Position numbers and translations under genes: made by a program
The notes under the pieces: model-generated
Database searches by the model: none
Seen by the model: the letters and a program-made list of their open reading frames with translations, nothing else
Told to the model about the DNA's origin: nothing
Shown here: in pieces, positions 23,032 to 33,900 of the stretch
Layout of the letters: every line of letters starts with the position of its first letter
Numbering within the stretch: the stretch's first letter is position 1
DNA from: Zootoca vivipara
Taxonomy: Eukaryota
Assembly (NCBI RefSeq): GCF_963506605.1
Contig: NC_083281.1
Coordinates: forward strand, 90,644,001-90,708,000
Length of the DNA stretch: 64,000 bases
Direction: 5' to 3'

Positions 23032-23082
23032 TCTAAATCAGGCATTACCTGGTAGCTCTGCTTGACCAGTGTGGCTGATCCC

Positions 23083-23090
23083 TTTTTATA
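23083..23090 (-). promoter_or_regulatory. TATA box of the IL1RN secreted-form promoter
   Basis: TATAAAAA on the minus strand ~55 nt upstream of the ATG (23031, strong Kozak agaATGG). An NF-kB-like AGGATTTCC at 23162-23170 is a weaker call. Confidence 0.6.
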
Positions 23091-24243
23091 GATCCCTTGA
23101 CAACCACTGGGTGGGAATGTACATGATTGCTAGACACGAATTCATTCTGTGGTTGTCCCCCAGGATTTCCAGCAGCTCTTTTGCATGTTGCAATTCATGT
23201 CGCAACTTTGGACGCTGAAACTAAAGTTCCCTAAAATGACAGCTCAAGCTCCTTCCTCTTGCTACGTGCAAAGGGGAGGAAAGAGTAACACATAAGCAGA
23301 GTGACAAGAAACCCTGACGCATTTTTAAATTATGCCCATAGCAGGGGATACAGATATTCCAAATGCTTCATTCTTCAAAAGAAAGCCAAGACTCAATTCC
23401 TCGATAAGAGCTGCAGCCAGCAACCCCATTTGAGCGGAGCATTATCTCAAATCTCAAAACAACAGCTGGTCTCTCTTTTGTTTAAAATAGGCTTACCAAC
23501 GGTCCCAGTTTCTGCACTCCGCTACCCAACCACCCTGTTCCGGCATTTCCGCTTACAGAATGAACCAATTCACCACAAGACGAGCATGAGAAGCAGTTGG
23601 TCTTGCTCCCTTAACTTGGCGTCTTGCAAATGACCAGTATTAAAAAAGAGGCACACTCGAGTACACTAAAGCACACTATACTGTACCAGCAGAGTTGGAG
23701 GGTTCCTGCTTCTGCTGGTCACACATGGTTTCAATCCTGGTTCCTGGGTGGCCTTGTGGGCCTCACCCCCGGCTATTTATGGTGCACTTTTAGGAGGCGT
23801 GGCCAGGCTTGGGAGGGTGTCAGTGTAACCACAAAATATGCAAGAGATAATTACATCTTGGGACAAAGCTCTCTGGAGTCATTCCCCAAACCTTGAGTGG
23901 CCTTTTGCAGTGTTAGGAAATGCTGCTCAATTATGGATCTTCTCAATTTTGTACCCCTTTAGCTCTGCAACCTTTTTTTTGGGGGGGGGAACTGCCCAGA
24001 TCACCCTAAATCCAGCAGTGGAGGAGTTGCCTGCTGTTCATGGTAGAGCTTGATGGGGCTGTTTTAGGGAGTGTCAGAAAGGGGGTATACCATTGCTGCT
24101 CTGAACTGCTCTGCTATTTTTCTCTGTATCTCCTTCTATGCTTGCAATATATCTTCCTTCAGCATATATGGTTGTTCCTTGCTCTGTGTATGGTTGTAGG
24201 GGTGTTGGTGCCATCTGAGTGTGTTTGGGACATAATAAGATAT

Positions 24244-24583
24244 AGAATCATAGAGTTGGAAGAGACCACAAGGGCCATCCAGTCCAACCCCCTGCCAAGC
24301 AGGAAACACCATCAAAGCATTCTTGACATATGCCTGTCAAGCCTCTGCTTAAAGACCTCCAAAGAAGGGAACTCCACCACACTCCTTGGTAGCAAATTCC
24401 ACTGCCGAACAGCTCTTACTGTCAGGAAGTTCTTCCTAATGTTTAGGTGGAATCTCCTTTCTTGTAGTTTGAATCCATTGCTCCGTGTCCGCTTCTCTAG
24501 AGCAGCAGAAAACAACCTTTCTCCCTCCTCTATATGACATCCTTTTATATATTTGAACATATATATTTTTATATAGAGAGACC
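24244..24583 (-). mobile_element. Young CR1 3' fragment with AT-rich leader, inserted beside an older CR1 (24594-24845, +)
   Basis: RTRSNGFKLQERRFHLNIRKNFLTVRAV ORF2 C-terminus, (ATTCTATG) tail, TSD AATAAGATAT (24234-24243, 24584-24593). Confidence 0.85.
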
Positions 24584-25431
24584 AATAAGATATTATAGTC
24601 AAATACCTAAAGGGCTGTCTCACGAAAGATGGAGCAAGCTTGCTTTTCTTCTGTTCTGGAGGGTAGGACTCGAACCAATGGATTCAAGTTACAAGAAAGG
24701 AAATTCCAACTAAGCATTAGGAAGAACTTTCTGACAGTAAGATCTATCAGTGGAACGGTGGTGGACTTTCCTTCCTGGGAGGTTTGTAGCAGAGGTTGGT
24801 CATTTGTTATGGATGCTTTAGTTGAGATTCCTGCATTGCACAATTCTGGTCTCGGGGTGCTTGGAGGAATCAGCAGCTTCATGTGGATTTGTTTACAGCA
24901 TCATGCTCGGTTGCACATTTTGTGTACATCCATCAGTGACTGTGCGTGGTGGGCAGCGTGCCTTGACTGGGTGACAAAGGACACAGTGTGTGCATCATTG
25001 AGTCCCCTCTGCCAGGCTTGGACTCTCTGGCAGTACCAGCCCACTTTCAAAATACAGCTATATTAAAGCTTTTCTATAGTTTTTAAGGTAAATGACTGAA
25101 GCAAGGTATGTTTACCCAGGACAGCTTGTCTGAAGTGAAGAGGAAGCTACTATTCTGAGAAAAAAGGAACTTCAGATTGGCTTACAATGAAAGGGTACAT
25201 GATGCTTACTCATACACCAACATCATGTAGTAGGAAATGGTCTCCTATGGACACAAGCTGGGGTATGAGGAAATGAGATCATTTCCAATAAAACTTGTCT
25301 GTATTTAGGAACGCATGGCTGCAAGATGTTGTGCAACACATGTCCAGCCCCCATTAAAAAAATATGCACGCCTGTGGTCACTTTTGCTGTGTGTCACCAG
25401 CTGAACACGATCCAGCAGTGGTTATGCTAAC

Positions 25432-25680
25432 CAGGGATCCCCAAACTAAGGCCCGGGGGCCGGATGTGGCCCAATCGCCTTCTAAATCGGCCCATGGATG
25501 GTCCGGGAATCAGCATGTTTTTACATAAGTAGAATGTATCCTTTTATTTAAAATGCATCTCTGGGTTATTTGTGGGACATAGGAATTCATTCATTTTCCC
25601 CCCCAAAATATAGTCTGGCCCCCAACAAGGTCTGAAGGACAGTGGACTGGCCTCCTGCTGAAAAAGTTTGCTGACCTCTG
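25432..25680. mobile_element. hAT MITE (second family)
   Basis: CAGGGATCCCCAAACT ... AGTTTGCTGACCTCTG with TSD-like TGCTAA on both sides. Confidence 0.75.
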
Positions 25681-26399
25681 TGCTAATCCATTCTTGATCC
25701 ATGTTAACAGAAACGGAGGTTTTTTAATATGGTAACAGGAACCACCAACCGGTCCTACTCAATTCCACATTGCTCTGGCCGCATCTGGAGTAGACCTTCC
25801 GAGTGCCACGTTTCAAGAGCCTGGGCCCACTGCAGCATGTGCAGAGGAGGGCAACCAGGATAGTAAGGGGGGTGGGTAGAAAACCAGGCGGAATGGTTGG
25901 AAGGAGCCAGCTTCGCCTTAACCTGGAGAATCAAAGAATTGTAGAGCTGGAAGGCACTCCAAGGGCCACCTGGCCCAACTCCCTGCAGTGCAGGAAAAAC
26001 AGCCGGAGAAGCCCTGATTAAACGGAAGGCATGCCAGTGGTCTTCAAATGCCGGAATATATGCGTGCCTGGTGGGGAATGTGTGTTTCCCGCCCCCACGG
26101 TTTAAATATTCTGGGATTCAGTGTTATTCAAAGCAGCTGATGGCATCTGCCTCGCACTGGGCGGCTGCGCCTCTCGCTCAGTCCTGCCCAGGCGGAGGGA
26201 CAGCAGGAGGAAATGCCTGACTAGATGCCCGTTTAGTCCTCCTATCCAGAGGCCTCAGTCCTTTTCCTCCTCCCTGCAGGGGTTAAAACGTCCCCGAGGA
26301 GGCTCCTTCCCAGCCTTGGGGTTGGGCTCGATGACCACGCGGGAACCCTTCCTTCGTGCGGCTTCTTCCGTTCGGGCTTCCGGGAAGGGAAAGCCTCCC

Positions 26400-26900
26400 A
26401 ATGCTTTCTGCGCACGCGCAGCCTTCTCCGTCGGGCCGAGTCACCTGACCGGCGCTGTTTCCCCCTCCGGCGAGTGGTGGTGGGAAGGGCAGCTTCAGCG
26501 CATGCGCAGCAGTTGACAGCGTCAGCCAGAGTCGTTCATGGCAGGCGGGTGTTGCTCGGGGGATCCCGCGGCCTTCTCGGCCCGGCCGCCGGGGAGACGG
26601 CTCGTGGCGGCGGCGGCGCTGCTGGTGCTGTTGGTGGCGGGCCGCGGGGCGCAGGCGCTCTACTTCCACATCGGGGAGACGGAGAAGCGCTGCTTCATCG
26701 AGGAGATCCCTGACGAGACCATGGTTATCGGTGCGCATGCGCGAGGGGAGAGAGAGGGGCGGGGTGTGGGAGAGCGCGGGGGTGCGCGCGCACCAGCTCA
26801 CCTGTCCCCTGTTGACGGTGGCGCGCCTGTTCCTCCGCTCCGCAGGGAACTACCGGACGCAGTTGTGGGACAAACAGGCCGAGGCCTTCCTGCCCTCCAC
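26400..26900 (+). promoter_or_regulatory. TMED4 CpG-island promoter with NRF1-like motifs
   Basis: CpG-rich. GCGCATGCGC at 26498-26507, TGCGCATGCGC at 26732-26742 and variant TGCGCACGCGCA at 26409-26420. Confidence 0.65.
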
Positions 26901-28694
26901 GCCGGGACTGGGCATGTTCGTGGAGATCAAGGACCCCTATGGGAAGGTGAGCAGCAGCAGCAGGAGGAGGAGGAGGCGGGAGCGGGAGCTGCTTCTTCTT
27001 GGTCTGACAGCAGCAGCCAAGGGGGTGCTGAGCAAGGAGACCCTGCCCGCCACCCTCTCCTTCCTGGGGCCTTTCAATAGTTTGGGGATGGGGTGGGTGT
27101 GTGCAGGGGTGAGGGAGAGGATTAAAAGTCCCTGAATGGGCTAGGCCAGTGCTTCCCAACCTTTGGTCTCCAGCTGTTTCAAGACTACAATTCCCACCAT
27201 CCCTGACCACTGATCTTGCTAGCTAGGGATCATGGGAGTTGTAGTCCAAAAAGAGCTGGAGATCAAAGGTTGGGAAACACTGGGCTAGGCGACTACTTGG
27301 TGGGGGTGGGGGTGAGGATGGCCTGGGGTTATTGCCCCTGGCGAAAGCACTAGCTCCAATCAGATATCATAGGGAAGCAGGAATGGAAGCAGCAGGTGAG
27401 ATACACCCACACTCCTACCTGCCTGACTTTGCTGCTGCTTGATGGTTTCAGATGGTCCTCTCCAGGCAGTACGGCTCTGAAGGCCGCTTCACCTTCACTT
27501 CGCACACCCCAGGAGAGCACCAGATCTGCCTCCACTCCAACTCCACCCGCATGGCCCTTTTTGCAGGCGGGAAACTGGTAAGCAGGTTTCTCTGTGCCCT
27601 TTCCCTCTGTCCATCTAGCTCCAGCCAAGATGGTGGGGGGCTGCTCTTCAGGTGCTCTGCCCTCATGAACTGGACCCCACCTCACACTGGCTATTGCTTG
27701 TGTAAGGAGGCAAGAGAGAAGCTGGTGTAGAAGGCCAGAGCTCCTTCTACATTTGCTGAGCAACTGAGGTGGAAGGGAGGAGGAAGGAGCCTTGATGAGG
27801 CCGGGGTGGGGAATGGGTTGAACTGCAGTGGTGGCTCTTGAACTAGTGTGTGTGTTGCTGTGTTGTATTCAGCGGGTGCACTTGGATATCCAAGTCGGGG
27901 AGCACGCCAACAATTACCCAGAGATTGCAGCCAAGGACAAACTGACCGAACTGCAGCTAAGAGCCAGGCAGCTCTTGGACCAGGTGGAGCAGATCCAGAA
28001 GGAGCAGAACTACCAAAGAGTAAGTAACACCCACAACGGATTTCATTCATTCATTCTTTCTTTCTTTCTTTACCATAATGTCATTCAGGAGGAGGAGGGG
28101 GATCTTGAATGGCATTATTGGGGGGGGGGAATCTACCCTGTCCATGGTTTGTGAGGAACCTGTTAGACCTCGATGTTTAAATGGTTCCTACCTAATCACT
28201 AATACCATACTTAAGGAGCATCATCTTGAAAGGCTTTGCTCATCTGAAAGTTCAGAGAAGCACTTGTCAAATCCTAGGAACTTCTTTGGGAGGGGGGCAT
28301 TCAAGCTGCATTGGTGCAGGCCGACTGGAGTTAGGGTGGCGTTTGCTGTAGGTAAATAGCAGCGGGTTTACAGGTGGTGTGCCTGCAATAGAACAAGCTT
28401 GGCAGGAGTTGTTCAGAGGGGAAAGGTTCTACATCTGCAAGGACCCACCTGCGTAGATGGAGAAGTTGGGTTGTATGGGTCTGGTGTGGGGAAGGGGAGA
28501 GGGAAGTACCTTCTCTGACTCTCGCCACCATGTTCACTTTGCAGTACCGAGAGGAGAGATTCCGCATGACCAGCGAGAGCACCAACCAGCGGGTGCTGTG
28601 GTGGTCCATTGCCCAGACCATCATCCTCATCCTCACTGGCATTTGGCAGATGAAGCACCTCAAGAGCTTCTTTGAGGCTAAAAAATTGGTGTAG
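26538..28694 (+). CDS. TMED4: Transmembrane emp24 domain-containing protein 4 (p24 family, 238 aa)
   Basis: Exons 26538-26730, 26846-26946, 27452-27577, 27873-28019, 28545-28694 (TAG); 717 nt, GT-AG. Signal peptide, GOLD domain ([21 protein letters not shown]), coiled coil, TM helix and C-terminal FFEAKKLV dilysine motif. Adjacent to DDX56 as in human. Confidence 0.96.
27147..27282. mobile_element. hAT MITE (variant TIR) in TMED4 intron 2
   Basis: CAGTGCTTCCCAACCTTTG ... CAAAGGTTGGGAAACACTG with perfect TSD GGCTAGGC. Confidence 0.9.
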
Positions 28695-29785
28695 CCCCTC
28701 TGACAGCACAGGCACCGTTGCTCTTCCGCTTCCACTGAGCACTTCTTGACCCTCCTGGATTTGGCACAGCTGAAAGGACAGGTGGAAGCACAGCATGTGA
28801 AACATCTTTGGACCAGCATTTGCATACTTCCTCTTCCCTGATGAAGGGGGTGCCCTGCCCACAGAAGTCTCTCACGTGCCACCCCGTTCTTTGCTTTGCT
28901 GTGTTGCAGCAGCTGGGAAAAGCCTCTGTGAGCAGTGCCCTTGTGCCGATCCAAAGGAAGAGAAAATTGCTTTCTAAGAGACTGAGTAGGCTCTTTTTTT
29001 AAAAGTGCTTTCCTGTTTCTACATCCCGATTGGTGGGAGTGACTTCTGGGTTGTTCTGTCCTGGTGGTTCCCTGTCATTCTTTGCTCTTAACACATGAGG
29101 TTTGTGGGGGCAGCCCTTATAATGGAAAATGGCCTGGAAGAGGAAATGGGAGGGGTGGAATAACATTTATACTAAAATGGGGGTTTTTCTTGCTGGGGGT
29201 GGGGTGGCCTGATACCACTTGGAACTTGGGGTGGGGGCTGCTTAGGACAACAGCAGTGGTTGCCTACAGGGTTCTGGCAGTATCTCCTCTTGTAACCGTC
29301 CCCAGTTTCCTGCAAAGGGGCTAAATAGCCATTGTGAACAAGGGCAAAACTTTAGGCTCCAGGTGTGTTTCAAGTGCTAGCACAGATGGGATCTCTAGAC
29401 TTCTGCAAATGAGCCTAGCTTAAGGATACCCACAGGTAGTATCTTTTAATTGCACAGAGAGGAGTTTCCACTTGGATGAGTAGGGTTTTTTAACGGCCCT
29501 GCTAATGCCTTTAGTGTGGATGGCAGGAAGCTTGCTAGGAGACAGCATTAAGTGAGTTGCCATTTATGTACCATGGAGCTCCTTAACAGCCTTTCTTGAG
29601 TTTGGAAAGAGAGGCCTCTACCTATGCAAATGTATTCCTGATGATTTGTGGGTGACAGCAGGACCGGAGCATAGAATGGTGGAGAATTTGAAATGCGGTT
29701 ATCTTCCCCTCCTCTTCCCTGTGTTTTATTTCCTGCCCCCTATGGTAAATTCTTAATAATGTTCCTTGTTACAGTTCTGGAGTGA

Positions 29786-29791
29786 AATAAA
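29786..29791 (+). terminator. Probable TMED4 polyadenylation signal
   Basis: AATAAA ~1.1 kb after the stop, followed by a GU/U-rich tract and lying before the DDX56 CpG island. Confidence 0.6.
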
Positions 29792-30379
29792 ATTTCTTGC
29801 AAAAGGCTTTCTCTTCCATGTGTTATTGATTTGGGGGTTGGGTGGGGGTGCGGGGACAAGGGTGGCTGAGCTCAAGAGGAAAATATACTGTAATTGGCTC
29901 CTCCTGCAAGTTTCTTCTTGGCAAAGGAGCCCCCCCCCCCAACCAGCAGCTTCAAAGATTTTTTTGTGGGGAAGGTGTAAGGTGGGCCAGGCTCTCTAGA
30001 GAAGGTTCCTCTGGGTCCTTAGGCAGTGCCTGGCATGCGAAGGATCATAGAGCATGAAGACAGATTGCTTAAATGCAGGTAAGAAAGGCCCAGTTGCCCA
30101 CTCACAGTGGCCAAGCAGATGCAACAGACATCAGCCAACCTGTTTCTGGGGTGATGGGATCAGTTCCTTGGTAGCTGCTCTAAACCCAAATAGGGTTGGC
30201 CAGTCGAACCAGATTTGGGCTAATAAAGTCCGATTTCGGGTAGATTGCCCTGCACCTGTCTGCCTGGCTGACGGTGCCCCCTTCACTCCAGGGACCCAGA
30301 GGAGGCCGCTCGCTTGGTCAACATTCCACCCATCTAGGCTATGGAGTAGGTCGTCAGTACTGAAAGGGCACCCGAGTCC

Positions 30380-30990
30380 CGGCAAGGAGTTCCGCCGGTG
30401 CGCGCTAAGCCATCGAGCCAGCCAGTCGCGTTTGGCTCCGAGACCCCGCGCTGCAATACCACCGAGTGAAGCAAGCGCAGCTCGAGCTGCCAAGGACTGC
30501 AGGGGGCGACGTTGGGGCCGCGTCTCGCTGCTCGGTTTGACCGGCTAGAGCGGCTGCTTCCGGCTGGGGAAAGCGGAAACGGCCGCCGCGCGGACAGGAG
30601 CAGCATGGAGGGAGAAGCGGCCAGCTTCGCGCACCTCGGGCTGGACGCGCGGCTCCTGCAGGTAACGCGGGCGAGGTGGGGAAGGGGGAAGCTGCGGCCT
30701 CCGCCGCCTCCTCCAGGCCTGACCTCCTGTCTCTCGTTCTCTCTGCCGAGCAGGCGACGGCGGAGCTCGGCTGGGCGAAGCCGACGCTGATCCAGGAGAA
30801 GGCCATCCCGCTGGCCCTGGAGGGCAAAGACCTGCTGGCGCGGGCCAAGACGGGCTCCGGCAAGACGGGCGCCTACGCCCTGCCCCTCCTCCAGCATCTG
30901 CTCCGGGGGAAAGCGGTGAGCGCCCCGGGGCCCCGACCTTCTCCCTCGCTGCGGGCTCTTTGCGGCTCCCTCCCTCTCGGAAGAACCGGA
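30380..30990 (+). promoter_or_regulatory. DDX56 CpG-island promoter
   Basis: CpG-dense region spanning exons 1-2, with ETS-like CTTCCGG/CGGAA motifs just upstream of ATG 30605. Confidence 0.65.
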
Positions 30991-33900
30991 AGGTGGAGCT
31001 GTAGAGTTGGAAGGGACCTCCCCCCCCCCCAAGGCCATCTAACCCAGGCCCCCGCAGTGCAGCGGTCTCAGTGCCGGATTTACATATAAGCTAGACAAGC
31101 TATAGCTTAGGGCGCCACTCTCTTGGGGCTCCAAAAAAAAAATGTAAAGGAAAAAATACTGGATGTACATTTCCAAAATATAAGATAAAGTTAAGTTTAA
31201 GTTTGTTATGAATAAAAATCATTTTAAGTTAGAGCTTAATAACTATTTCACTATTAGTATACTTCTTATTAATTGTATTTCAGTTCAACAATTACTTTGA
31301 TAAAATACATATTTTGTTATGTGCAAATGGCTTTAGATACCTATTAGGTCCATAAATGACAGGCATGTCCAACAGGTAGATCGTGATCTACTGGTATATC
31401 ACTGGACCTCTGCGGTAGATCACTGTTGGATCATTGACTCCCCCCAAAGAAGCTGAACAACTGTGGCTTCCCTAAAAAAAGCTCAACATTTACCTCCCTG
31501 AAAAAGCTCAACAACTTTGACCTGAACCCCCAAAAAGGGGGTAGATCACTGCTAGTTTTTAACTCTGTGAGTAGATTGCAGTCTCTTGGGAGTTGGCCAC
31601 CCATGTAGCATATAATCAACACAAAAAAAAACAGCAACAATTTGTTGTTGACAAAGGACAGCTGGACATATAAAGGGCTCCATCATCTTCAGTAGCTTAG
31701 GGCCTCATCAAACCTAAATCTACGGTAGCCCTGGGTCGCACCTAAAGAGCCCCTTTTGTGATGGCCTGGAGAGGGTGGGACTCTTCTGACCAGGTCTCTT
31801 CTTGATTCCTAGTCAGCGCTGGTAGCAGAGCAGGCCGTTCGGGGACTCATCCTGGTCCCCACCAAGGAGCTGGGTCAGCAGGTGCTGCAGATGCTCCGGC
31901 AGCTAACCTCCTACTGTGCCCGAGACCTGCACCTCGTTGACATCTCTGGCCAGGCGGACTTGGCAACTCAGAGGTGAGTGGTGGGCAGAAGGGCAGGATG
32001 GCTGTCTCTTGGGCTGGCCGTGTTAATGAAGTCCCCAACCCCAAAACGCTTTCTGAATCCTGGCCCGACCGCACTGGCTGCCAATTTGTTTCCCTGCCCA
32101 ATTCGAAGTGCTCATTTTGACCTAATAAAAAAATTCCTTCAGGTAGCACCTTAGAGACCAACTAAGTTTGTTATTGGTATGAGCTTTTGTGTGCATGCAC
32201 ACTTATTCTGATTTTGACCTGTAAAGCTGTAAGCTCACAACCGCAATACCTCAAGGACTGTTCTCCCCATATGAACTGACCACGGACCCTGCGATCGTCA
32301 TCTGAGGCCTTTCTTTGTGCGTCGTCTCCATGTGAGGTCTGGAGGGTGGCAACACAAGAACAGTCCTTTTATGCAGTGACTGCCTGTTTGTGGAATGCTC
32401 TCCCCAGGGAGGCTCGCCTGACACCTACGTTACATATATTTAGGTGCCAGGTGTGGCCTCTGGTTGCTTTCTGGGTGGAAACAATGAATGGGGGACCTCT
32501 TCTGCAGTTGACACTGTCCTCTTGGGGAGATCCTCTGTAGCCCAGCTAAGGGTGGCAGTCTCTTCCCATCAGCAACCTATGGTTATGGTTGCATTGCAGA
32601 CCCAAAGCTTTCCATTCAAGGTCAGGCGGTAGTTTCAAAGAGACTGGGCCTTCCCATCTCTGATAGAGGCTTTTGTATGTTGTGGCTTCTCTTCCTTCAA
32701 GACCCATCTTGATGGAGAAACCGGATGTTGTGGTGGGGACGCCATCGCGGGTCCTGGCTCACTTGAAAGCTGGCAGCCTGAGCCTGCAGGATTCCTTGGA
32801 AATCCTGGTGTTGGATGAAGCTGACCTCCTTTTTTCCTTTGGCTTTGAGGAAGATTTGAAAAGTCTGTTGTGGTGAGTTTATCCTGGCCCTGGGTTGTTG
32901 GCTTTGAAAGGCCTGGGGCCAGCCTGTGATTTTGTGGGTGGGTGGAGGAGGCCTAGGAGGTCTCTGGGGTCTTATGAGCAGTACCTGCTCAGGTATCCTG
33001 CTACATCATTTGTTGAATGTTGGGTGCTATGCCAAGGGATAGTCCAGGAGCTAGATAAATTGCTTTTTGTATCCAGGTAGAATCCGTTTTGATGCTTGTT
33101 GGATCCATTTTGGTTTTGTGGCATATCTTATTGGGGAAATTGTGTAGTATAAGCAGAAATCCTGAGTTGAAATCCGCTTTCAGGCTGGAAAAATTTGGTG
33201 TCATCACACTAGGAAAAGAAGCTCGGCATATTTATAGTGACAGCTATGGAAGCAGAGGGATAGGTTGGGACTGTTGTGCCTGCAATGCCCTGTTTTACTC
33301 TCATGCTGGAGGCATCTGGTTCATTGCCTTTGGGTGCTGAGTGCTGGGCAAGGGGGGCTTTTGGTGTGACCTTACAAATGACGGGCTCTTGTTTTCTCTC
33401 CAGTCACTTACCCAAGATCTACCAGACGTTCCTCATGTCTGCTACCTTCAATGAAGATGTTGAGGCCCTAAAGGAGCTGGTGCTCCACAACCCTGTAAGT
33501 TTGTGGGGAAAGGGGTTGGAGGTTGCGGGGGAATGGTTTTGGATTCAAAGGAGGCAAGGTTAGAGGCTGGGATTTCCTTGTCCCATTGCTCTGGGGTTGT
33601 GGTGGTTGGGGAAATGCTCTTCACAGATAGGAATGGTCCCGTGTCTGTCTGCCTCTTGCAACTTGCGGGCGTTGAGTTGGTTCTGGTGGTCTCCTAGCAA
33701 TCTGTGGCCCAGAAAGGGAGCAATTAAGAGTAATCTGGGGAGCAGGCCTCCCTCCCGGAGTCCATCCACATGGCCTTGCCAAGCTCTGCCCTGAAAGAGG
33801 AAACAGCAGCATCAGGGGCCCATTGAGGCAGCCCCCAGCCTGCAAGAGCCTTCACACTTGCAGCTGCATTTAGCTGCGGGGGGCACTGGCTGGAACATTA

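Noticed and set aside
22845-23045. 66-aa ORF starting at ATG 23045 as IL1RN exon 1
   Set aside because: Wrong frame for the 22922 donor. ATG 23031 gives an in-frame signal peptide.
26538-28694. TMED9 as alternative identity
   Set aside because: Sequence details ([35 protein letters not shown]) and DDX56 adjacency fit TMED4.
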